21,207 nt of DNA from Polyangia bacterium (GTDB taxonomy: Bacteria > Myxococcota_A > Polyangia > Nannocystales > Nannocystaceae): NCBI GenBank assembly GCA_030424595.1, contig JAUHWG010000011.1:257130-278336 (forward strand). The letters are read 5' to 3'. The notes under the pieces are model-generated. The model saw only the letters and a list, made by a program, of their open reading frames with translations. It ran no database searches and was not told the origin of the DNA. The position numbers and the translations under genes were made by a program. The stretch's first letter is position 1. Each line of letters begins with the position of its first letter. Shown here in pieces: positions 14,942 to 21,207 of this stretch.

Positions 14942-16657
14942 ATGCGATCCTCTACGCCTCTGGTCCCCCTCTCCGGTCGCGGCCTGGCGACGCTGCTCGG
15001 CGCGGTCGGCCTCCTCCTCGGCGGCGCCTGCGGTGACGATGCCATAGGCACCGCGTCGGACAGCGCGACGGGCTCGACGGGCACCGGCACCGGGACGGCG
15101 ACGGTCTCCGAGACCGAGAGCGGCAGCGGCAGCGCCGGCGATTGCACCCCGGGCCAGACCCAAGAATGCTCCTGTCCTGAGGGTCAGGGGACGCAGGTCT
15201 GCGCCGCGGACGGAGGAGGCTACGGCGCGTGCGAATGCCCCGGGCCGGCGGTCTGCGGCGACGGTGAGGTCGCGGAGGGAGAGGAGTGCGACGACGGGGC
15301 TGCGAACGCCGACGACGGCGCCTGCACCAGCGAGTGCAAGCTGGCCTCCTGCGGTGACGGTGTCGTCCAGACCAGCGTCGAGATCTGCGACGACGGGGTC
15401 AACGACGGGGCCTACGGCGGCTGCGAGGAGGGCTGCGGCGCCCTCGCCCCCTACTGCGGCGACGGGATGACCAACGGCCCCGAGGCCTGTGACGACGGCG
15501 ACGAGGTCGACGGTGACGGCTGCAACGCCGACTGTCGCCAGTCGGGGGCCGAGGTCTGGACGAAGAAGTACTCCGGCCGCGACGCGGGCGACGCCAGGGC
15601 CCACGGGGTCGCGGTCGATCTCGACGGTAACGTCATCGTCGTAGGAGAGGAGTTTGTCGTCGGTCAGGGCGCGAACATCTGGATGGCCAAGTACACCAGC
15701 GAAGGGGAGCAGCTGTGGACCCAGACCCGCTCCGGCAACGGCACCTTCGCCGACGTCGCCCGCGGGGTCGCGGTGGACTCGGCCGGCGACTACATCGTCG
15801 TCGGTGAGCTCTCCGTCCAGGGCGAGGACGGCAACCTCTGGGTCCTCAAGATGGACCCCTCCGGCGAGGAGATCTGGTCCGACGTCTACAACGGACCGAG
15901 CGACCTCGGCGACAGCGGCAACGGGGTCGCGATCGACAGCGAAGACAACATCTGGGTCGTCGGCGAGGAGTACAAGCTGATCGGCCTCAAGAACATCGTC
16001 GTCCGCAAATACGACCCCGACGGGACCCTCCTCTGGGACGACATCTATGATCATAAGGCCGGCAATGACAGGGCCCACGGCGTCGTCGTCCTCAGCGACG
16101 ACACCGCGGTCGTCGTCGGCTCTGTCTACGAGCCGATAGGCCTCGCCGATCTCTTCGTCCGCCGCTACACCGCCTCCGGCACCGAGTTCTGGACCAAGAT
16201 GTGGGACAGCGCCGCGGGCAACGACATCATCCGCGGCGTCGCCCGAGACGTCGACGACAACGTCATCCTGGTAGGCGAGGTCTACGCGCCGATCGGCCTC
16301 GCGAACGTCTGGATCCGCAAGCTCTCAGACACCGGCCTCGAGCTGTGGACCCAGATCCACGACTCCGCCGGCTCCGACAACGACATCGGCCGCGGAGCTG
16401 CGGTCGCCCCCGACGGCACGATCGTCGTCGCCGGTCAGGAGTACACGGCCAACGACTTCGCCGCGGCGTGGGTGCGGAAGGTGACCCCTGAGGACGGCGC
16501 CGAGATGTGGACCCATATCCACGACGGCGACGAGGCGGGGCAGGACATCGCCAGAGCCGTCGCGATCGACCCCGCGACGGGCTACATCTACGCCGCCGGT
16601 CAGGAGTACGAGGCGGGCAACTTCGCCGCGCTCTGGCTGCGCAAGCTGACCCCCTGA
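14942..16657 (+). CDS. Lipoprotein with three Myxococcus cysteine-rich repeats followed by a 7-blade SBBP-type beta-propeller
   Basis: The signal peptide plus lipobox is LLLGGAC, followed by a Thr/Gly linker. Three CGDG...EECDDG-type repeats follow. Then come seven repeats of W..G.....D.A.GVAVD..GN..VVGE. Codon periodicity is consistent with coding. Confidence 0.8.
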   Translation: MRSSTPLVPLSGRGLATLLGAVGLLLGGACGDDAIGTASDSATGSTGTGTGTATVSETESGSGSAGDCTPGQTQECSCPEGQGTQVCAADGGGYGACECPGPAVCGDGEVAEGEECDDGAANADDGACTSECKLASCGDGVVQTSVEICDDGVNDGAYGGCEEGCGALAPYCGDGMTNGPEACDDGDEVDGDGCNADCRQSGAEVWTKKYSGRDAGDARAHGVAVDLDGNVIVVGEEFVVGQGANIWMAKYTSEGEQLWTQTRSGNGTFADVARGVAVDSAGDYIVVGELSVQGEDGNLWVLKMDPSGEEIWSDVYNGPSDLGDSGNGVAIDSEDNIWVVGEEYKLIGLKNIVVRKYDPDGTLLWDDIYDHKAGNDRAHGVVVLSDDTAVVVGSVYEPIGLADLFVRRYTASGTEFWTKMWDSAAGNDIIRGVARDVDDNVILVGEVYAPIGLANVWIRKLSDTGLELWTQIHDSAGSDNDIGRGAAVAPDGTIVVAGQEYTANDFAAAWVRKVTPEDGAEMWTHIHDGDEAGQDIARAVAIDPATGYIYAAGQEYEAGNFAALWLRKLTP

Positions 16658-16900
16658 GTCTCCGCGATCTGTGACGGTGGGCAGGGCGGTCTCTCGCGTT
16701 GGGAGCCGCCGGTGGCCAGCGCGGCGCGCCCGGGACACAGGGCCTATCGCTGCCTGGACCCGCGAGGCGGGTTCTCGCTCAGCGCTGAAGGAGGCATGTC
16801 TCGCTCAGCGGCGGTGGCCGCCCGAGGCCCGAGGATGGGTCCCGGACCCGTCGTCCCGTCGTGGTCAGGGCATGAGCACCCGCGGGCGCGACAGGCCGGC

Positions 16901-17473
16901 TTAGGAGGCGCTCTCGCTGGGTGCCAGGCGGAAGAGCGCGTCGCGGAGTTTGTCGAGCTTGTCGAGCATCGCCCCATCGCCGCGGATCGACGCGAGGATC
17001 GCCGCCTCCGCCTCGGCCGTGAGGGCGTCGGTCATCGCCTGGCTGAGCCCCACGCTCGCGCCGATCTCGGAGATCCGCTCGAGCTCTTCGTCGGAGAGTC
17101 CGTCGCGGGCGGCGATCGTCGCGACCCCGTTGACCAGGTACATCGCCTTCGCGCTGCCGGCGGGCACGAGCTCGCTGACATGCTCATCGTTGGCGGAGCT
17201 GAGGTCGATCGCCATCAGCTGATCCTGGGCGACCGGCGGCACGCCGTAGTGGCTGAGCAGCGCCCGCATGCCGTTGGACTCCGCGGTCGAGAGGCCGTCG
17301 GTCGCGGCGATGTGGCGGGCGACGAGCGCGAGGCCGATGACCTCCTGGATGGTCAGCTCGATCCCGGCGGCGTAGCGAGAGCTTCTCTGAGCGGCGCTCT
17401 TGAGCTGTTCGGCGACGGCGTCGTCGAGGCTAGCGAGGAGGGTTTGGGCGCTGTCGTGGAAGGGGTTAGGCAT
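16901..17473 (-). CDS. TerB-like (tellurite-resistance TerB family) protein
   Basis: Two repeats of the TerB-like helix motif are present (IAATDGLSTAESNGMRALL and IAARDGLSDEELERISEIG). I place the start at the internal ATG giving MPNPFHD. The 48 upstream codons have lower GC3 than the body (15 of 20 against 19 of 20). Confidence 0.5.
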   Translation of the reverse strand: MPNPFHDSAQTLLASLDDAVAEQLKSAAQRSSRYAAGIELTIQEVIGLALVARHIAATDGLSTAESNGMRALLSHYGVPPVAQDQLMAIDLSSANDEHVSELVPAGSAKAMYLVNGVATIAARDGLSDEELERISEIGASVGLSQAMTDALTAEAEAAILASIRGDGAMLDKLDKLRDALFRLAPSESAS

Positions 17474-17582
17474 GGCTTCGTCGCTGCGTGGCCGCGATGC
17501 CGGAGATGATCGCAGGGCCTTGGGGCGACGACAAGGCGCGGTCCCGAGCGGACGAAGGCGCTCGCTCGACGAGAGGGCCCGA

Positions 17583-17612
17583 GGAGCCCCCGCGCGCTCT
17601 CGCGCGGCCGCC
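17583..17612 (+). repeat. Dispersed intergenic repeat, copy e (GGAGCCCCCGCGCGCTCTCGCGCGGCCGCC)
   Basis: Core match CCCGCGCGCTCTCGC. Confidence 0.45.
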
Positions 17613-17626
17613 GTCATGCCTGGGCT

Positions 17627-17650
17627 GCGACGATGCGACGATGCGACGAC
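17627..17650. repeat. Tandem octamer (GCGACGAT)x3 in the intergenic spacer
   Basis: Read directly from the sequence: gcgacgat gcgacgat gcgacgac. Confidence 0.6.
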
Positions 17651-17712
17651 GCGCGGCTCCGTCAGGCTCGACCGCAGGCCTGCGGTCCCGAGCGGGCGAC
17701 GTGCCTGGGGCC

Positions 17713-17755
17713 GCTAGCAGCCCCTGGCACAAGTCCCGTCGTGCTCGACTCGGCC
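17713..17755 (+). repeat. Dispersed intergenic repeat, copy f (GCTAGCAGCCCCTGGCACAAGTCCCGTCGTGCTCGACTCGGCC)
   Basis: Matches copy b over the CTAGCAG..AAGTCCCG..GTGCTC core, with one indel. Confidence 0.45.
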
Positions 17756-17818
17756 AAGACTTGGAGTACGGCCCGGTCCCGCGGCGTCTTGTCCGAGCCG
17801 AGAGGTCACGAGGGTCTG

Positions 17819-18796
17819 CTAGGAGCTCGTCGGGCGCTCCGCGACGACGAGGGCGATCCACCCAGCGAAGGCCTCGCTCGTGACGAGCGAGCGGGCGCGG
17901 TCTGCGAGACGTTCCCGGATGAGGGGTCGCCAGGCGTCGATGAGACCGGACTCCGCGAGCAGATCGGCGAGCGAGCGCTCGCCCAGGGCCCCTTGGAGCC
18001 GCTCGATCCCCCCGCGGAGCGAAGCCTCGAGCTCGTCCCACTCGGCGATCGCCTGGAGGAGGGCGACCGCGTCGGCGGCGAGGTCCGTGTGCGCGATCTT
18101 GTCGAGCTCGGCGACGAAGCGGACCTGCGGTTGGCCCAGGAGCTCGCGGACGCTGTCGGAGCGCCAGGCCGCCATCTCATCGCTGTGCTTTGGATCGGAG
18201 ATCCGCTCGATCACCATGTCGATCGTGTTGGCCAACGCGCCGTCGACGAAGGCGTTGACCTTGTCGTCGAGCTGGCGCTCGACCTCCGTCCCGACGACGC
18301 TGGCGACCCCCTTGGCCATGTCCATCAGCCGCGAGCGGAAGCCTGCACCGGGGATCCTGCGGGTGTCCGGGAGCGCCGACCACATCTTCTTGCCGAACTC
18401 GAGCAGCGTGCTTTGGAGGATTGAGCGCATCATCGACCGCATCGCCGCGTGGTTGATCGCCGCTCGGACGAGCTCCTGACCGGGGGTGAAGGGGCGCCCC
18501 AGGGCGGTCGCAAGCGCGGACGGAAGGGTCGGCGGGAGGGCGGCGGCGACGGACCCCTCATCGGTCTTAATGTGCCCCCTCAGCTCCCCCAGCTCCTGCT
18601 CGATCCAGGGCGCGAGGCCTGGGTTCGCAGCGGTCTCTCTGAGCGCCGTCGCGACGCCGGTCGCCAGCATCTCGGCCGGGCCGAGCGCGTCACGGAGCGG
18701 CTGCGCGAGCGCATGATCGAGGAGAACGTCGACACCCGCGTCGACGAGCGCAGGGTCTGTCCGGAGGCGGTTGATAATGGTCGCTGGGTCGATCAT
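17819..18796 (-). CDS. Hypothetical all-alpha protein (325 aa)
   Basis: I place the start at the internal ATG giving MIDPATIINRL. The 50-codon N-terminal extension in the track overlaps a dispersed repeat copy and is Arg/Gly-rich junk. The body has strong GC3 periodicity and is rich in Leu, Ala, Glu and Arg helical sequence. Confidence 0.6.
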   Translation of the reverse strand: MIDPATIINRLRTDPALVDAGVDVLLDHALAQPLRDALGPAEMLATGVATALRETAANPGLAPWIEQELGELRGHIKTDEGSVAAALPPTLPSALATALGRPFTPGQELVRAAINHAAMRSMMRSILQSTLLEFGKKMWSALPDTRRIPGAGFRSRLMDMAKGVASVVGTEVERQLDDKVNAFVDGALANTIDMVIERISDPKHSDEMAAWRSDSVRELLGQPQVRFVAELDKIAHTDLAADAVALLQAIAEWDELEASLRGGIERLQGALGERSLADLLAESGLIDAWRPLIRERLADRARSLVTSEAFAGWIALVVAERPTSS

Positions 18797-18806
18797 CGCG
18801 CGCACC

Positions 18807-18858
18807 CTAGCAGACCGCGGCAAAAGTCCCGCGCGCTCTCGCTTGCCCTCGTCCGCCC
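18807..18858 (+). repeat. Dispersed intergenic repeat, copy b (CTAGCAGACCGCGGCAAAAGTCCCGCGCGCTCTCGCTTGCCCTCGTCCGCC)
   Basis: Longest copy. Starts 11 nt upstream of the 325-aa gene start, in the divergent promoter region. Confidence 0.55.
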
Positions 18859-18916
18859 CCTCGGCCCCGCCGAAACTTGCGGTACGGCCTCGTACAGCGG
18901 CGTTTCGTCGAAGCCA

Positions 18917-18960
18917 AGAGGGCCAACGATGGCGGCGCGAGAGCACACGGGACTTTCGCC
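18917..18960 (-). repeat. Dispersed intergenic repeat, copy c (inverted; reverse complement reads GGCGAAAGTCCCGTGTGCTCTCGCGCCGCCATCGTTGGCCC)
   Basis: The reverse complement matches copy a at 18 of 18 positions in the core and shares the CGTTGGCC flank. Confidence 0.55.
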
Positions 18961-18965
18961 ACGGG

Positions 18966-19014
18966 CTGCTCGCAGGCCGCGGAAAAAGTCGCGCACGCTC
19001 TCGCTCGTCCGGGC
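18966..19014 (+). repeat. Dispersed intergenic repeat, copy d (CTGCTCGCAGGCCGCGGAAAAAGTCGCGCACGCTCTCGCTCGTCCGGGC)
   Basis: Direct repeat of copy b about 160 bp downstream, with conserved core and upstream flank. Confidence 0.5.
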
Positions 19015-19174
19015 ACCGCGTCTGCGACGGCGGGCAGCAGGCCCGCTCTCCGACGGGATCGAGCTCGACCGCGGGAGAGAGCGCCGTGGTGTCGGGCGCT
19101 TGTGGCCAGGCACAGGGCCCCCGCGTCGCATGTGGAGGGTGGCATCGGCCGAAGGGCCGTGGCCTGATCGAACC

Positions 19175-21207
19175 ATGGTGGAATTACATAGGGTTCGGGG
19201 GCGCTTTGTCGTCGGGGCGCTCACGTTGGGCTGCGCCGGTCTTGGCTGCAACGGAGATGACAATGCGAGCGGGACCGACTCGGCGACGAGCACCGAGGGG
19301 ACCGTCGGGACCGCGACGACGACGACCGGCGGGACTGGTACGGACACGGAGGGGACGACGTCGATGTCGGGCTCGGGCACGGCGAGCGCCACCATGGGGA
19401 CGACCGCGGGCACCGACGCGACGACCATGGACGTGACCGTGACCGCCTCCGAGAGTGAGAGCGCGAGCGACACGGCGACCGAGAGCGAGAGCGGCACCGA
19501 GACCGGCGGTGATGACCTCTGCGTCGGCGGCACCCTCTGCGGAGAGCCCGCGAGCTGTTGCCCCATGGGCAACGAGTGCGTCGAGGACAGCTGTCTCCCC
19601 GAGTGTGCGAGCGAGGTCCGCTGCGGGCCTATGCTCGAGCTGTGCTGTGACGAGGGAGATGTCTGCTCCGGCAATACATGCGCGACGCCAGGCGTCCCCT
19701 GTCAGGACTCCTATGATTGTGAGCAAGGCGAGTACTGCGAGCCCGTTCTCGACAAGTGCCTCCCCCAGCCCGATCCCTTGACCTGCGAGCTCATCCCCGA
19801 CTTTGATGAGCTTACGGTCGCCCTCGAGTGGTCCTATACCGACGATCAGATCATCTCCATCCCGGTCGTCGCCGACCTCGACGGCGACCTGGTCCCGGAG
19901 GTCGTCATCAACACGACCAAGGAGCCCGGCGGATCCTGGCCTGACGGGGCCATCGTCGTTCTCAACGGCCAGACCGGCGACGTCATCTGGAAGAACGCCC
20001 ACGACCCGAACAACAACAAGTTCGGCTCCCACGGGCGCTCCTCGATCGCCCTCGGCGACGTCAACGGCGATCAGCTCCCGGACATCATCTACGCCGGACG
20101 GACCACCGGCGGCCGCTCCCCGATCCACGCGGTGGACTCCACCGGCGCGCTCCTGTGGACCTCCCGGACCGCCAACAATCAGCTCGCGACCACGACCGTC
20201 GAGAACGGCGCTGCGACCCTCGCCAACCTCGACGACGACCCTGAGGCCGAGATCATCTTCGGCGCCGCCATCTTCGACAACGACGGCCTCATGGTCTGGT
20301 CTCAGGGCGGCAATGGTGGGGTCTACGGGACCTCCAATGGGTACACCGGCGGAGTCTCGGCTGCGGTCGATCTCGACGGTGACAACTATCCGGAGATCGT
20401 CTCCGGTCGTGATGCCTGGAAGATCGACTGGCAGGTCGACAACAACAACGATCCCGTCGTCAACGTCGTCCCCTTCTGGCAGAGCCCCGGCGCCGACGGC
20501 TATCCTGCCATCGCCGATCTCGACAGCAATGGGACCCCAGAGGTCATCATCGTAGGCTCTTCCTCCGTGCGGATCGTCGACGGCGCGACCGGCAAGCTCT
20601 GGTGCGGCGTCGATCCCTCAGGCGTCGCCTGCGAGAACAACGACAACGCCCGGACCCAGCCCTACCCGGTCCGCGGGGGAGGTCGTGGCGGTCCCCCGAC
20701 CGTCGCTGACTTCGACGGAGACGGACGTCCCGAGGTCGGCATCGCCGGCGCATCCCGCTACGCCGTCTACGACTTCAACCGCGACGGCGAAGAGGTCGTC
20801 AAGCCGGGCGGAGACCCCGACCCCGCCGCCGGAGCGGTCTTTGTCCGCTGGTCGAAGGTCACCCAGGACGTCTCCTCCAACGCCACTGGCTCCTCCGTCT
20901 TCGACTTCCAGGGAGACGGCGCAGCCGAGGTCGTCTACGCCGACGAATGCTTCATGCGCGTCTACTCGGGCACCGACGGCACCGTACAGCTTGAGGTGCA
21001 AAACTCGAGCGCCACGATCCACGAATACCCCCTCGTCGTCGACGCCGACGCCGACGGCAACTCCGAGATCCTCGTCGTCGCCAACATCCTCAGCTGCAAC
21101 GTCCCCAACTTCACCCCACGCCAAGGCCTCTACGTCTACGGCGACGCCGGCGACGGCTGGGTCCCGACCCGCAAGGTGTGGACCTCACACACGTATCACG
21201 TGACCAA
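19175..21207 (+). CDS. FG-GAP repeat lipoprotein with an N-terminal Thr/Gly/Ser linker and a Cys-rich module (3' end lies outside the window)
   Basis: Absent from the ORF track because there is no stop in the window. My own translation from the ATG at 19175 gives MVELHRVRGRFVVGALTLGCAGLGC (signal peptide with a lipoprotein-like Cys), then a T/G/S-rich linker. A module with about 20 Cys follows (CCPMGNECVEDSCLPECAS...). At least eight FG-GAP repeats follow (ADLDGDLVPEVVI, GDVNGDQLPDIIY, VDLDGDNYPEIVS, ADFDGDGRPEVGI, FDFQGDGAAEVVY and others). GC3 is high. An alternative ATG lies at 19130. The - strand ORF 19184..20128 is antisense. Confidence 0.8.
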   Translation, partial: MVELHRVRGRFVVGALTLGCAGLGCNGDDNASGTDSATSTEGTVGTATTTTGGTGTDTEGTTSMSGSGTASATMGTTAGTDATTMDVTVTASESESASDTATESESGTETGGDDLCVGGTLCGEPASCCPMGNECVEDSCLPECASEVRCGPMLELCCDEGDVCSGNTCATPGVPCQDSYDCEQGEYCEPVLDKCLPQPDPLTCELIPDFDELTVALEWSYTDDQIISIPVVADLDGDLVPEVVINTTKEPGGSWPDGAIVVLNGQTGDVIWKNAHDPNNNKFGSHGRSSIALGDVNGDQLPDIIYAGRTTGGRSPIHAVDSTGALLWTSRTANNQLATTTVENGAATLANLDDDPEAEIIFGAAIFDNDGLMVWSQGGNGGVYGTSNGYTGGVSAAVDLDGDNYPEIVSGRDAWKIDWQVDNNNDPVVNVVPFWQSPGADGYPAIADLDSNGTPEVIIVGSSSVRIVDGATGKLWCGVDPSGVACENNDNARTQPYPVRGGGRGGPPTVADFDGDGRPEVGIAGASRYAVYDFNRDGEEVVKPGGDPDPAAGAVFVRWSKVTQDVSSNATGSSVFDFQGDGAAEVVYADECFMRVYSGTDGTVQLEVQNSSATIHEYPLVVDADADGNSEILVVANILSCNVPNFTPRQGLYVYGDAGDGWVPTRKVWTSHTYHVT

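Noticed and set aside
14861-16078. N-terminal 406 codons of the 648-aa minus-strand track ORF
   Set aside because: This stretch is Gly/Val/Asp/Ala-rich and antisense to the well-supported Cys-rich/SBBP lipoprotein gene. Only the C-terminal 242 codons, the dienelactone hydrolase, look like protein.
16671-17509. Plus-strand ORFs 16712..17509 and 16671..16904 in the convergent intergenic region and over the TerB-like gene
   Set aside because: They are antisense to the TerB-like gene or lie in repeat-rich non-coding DNA. The translations are Arg/Gly-rich.
17713-17740. Sigma-54 promoter (TGGCAC in copy f of the dispersed repeat)
   Set aside because: TGGCAC is present, but the -12 TTGC element at the required spacing is absent. 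Other copies have GGCAAA or GGAAAA instead.
19184-20128. 314-aa minus-strand ORF and the plus-strand ORFs 19455..19781 and 19803..20555
   Set aside because: They are antisense or off-frame to the FG-GAP lipoprotein gene I translated from 19175. That gene is missing from the track only because it has no stop within the window.
1-21207. tRNA, rRNA, CRISPR arrays, IS or transposase, integrase and phage genes
   Set aside because: There is no T-arm-like GGTTCGAATCC or acceptor/CCA pattern, no regularly spaced direct repeats with unique spacers, and no transposase-like or integrase-like ORF on either strand.

Overview
This 21.2-kb window is GC-rich (about 70%) chromosomal DNA. The gene content points to a myxobacterium (Myxococcota): FG-GAP and SBBP beta-propeller lipoproteins, the Myxococcus cysteine-rich repeat, and Thr/Gly/Asp-rich low-complexity linkers. 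I found no tRNA, rRNA, CRISPR array or IS element.

All CDS coordinates come from the supplied ORF track and frame arithmetic. Small motif coordinates were read from the printed sequence and may be off by 1-2 nt.

I support 16 protein genes. A 5'-truncated Sfp-type phosphopantetheinyl transferase sits at the left edge, and a 3'-truncated gene sits at the right edge. The right-edge gene is missing from the ORF track because it has no stop inside the window. The track also hides the true extent of a dienelactone hydrolase inside a 648-aa antisense ORF.

Many of the long ORFs in the six-frame track are antisense artefacts of the high GC content. I rejected these using the periodicity of GC at third codon positions.

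Genes, in map order:
- Sfp-type phosphopantetheinyl transferase (partial)
- FG-GAP lipoprotein
- Cys-rich lipoprotein
- AGCS Na+/alanine symporter carrying an inserted soluble loop domain
- PEPK-repeat lipoprotein
- DUF721/DciA-like protein
- a cryptic small secreted ORF
- 573-aa hypothetical protein coupled by a GTGA overlap to a PilZ protein
- GT2 polyprenol-phosphate mannose synthase coupled by an ATGA overlap to a class IV aminotransferase
- 822-aa orphan protein
- dienelactone hydrolase
- Cys-rich-repeat plus SBBP propeller lipoprotein
- TerB-like protein
- 325-aa alpha-helical hypothetical
- FG-GAP lipoprotein (partial)

The most unusual signals are:
- A family of about 45-bp dispersed intergenic repeats (six or more copies, both orientations) clustered around the TerB-like and 325-aa genes.
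- A strongly coding small ORF at 6731-7111 whose upstream hydrophobic segment sits in another frame across a G5 run.
- The overlapping PilZ plus 573-aa unknown pair.
- The domain-less 822-aa protein.
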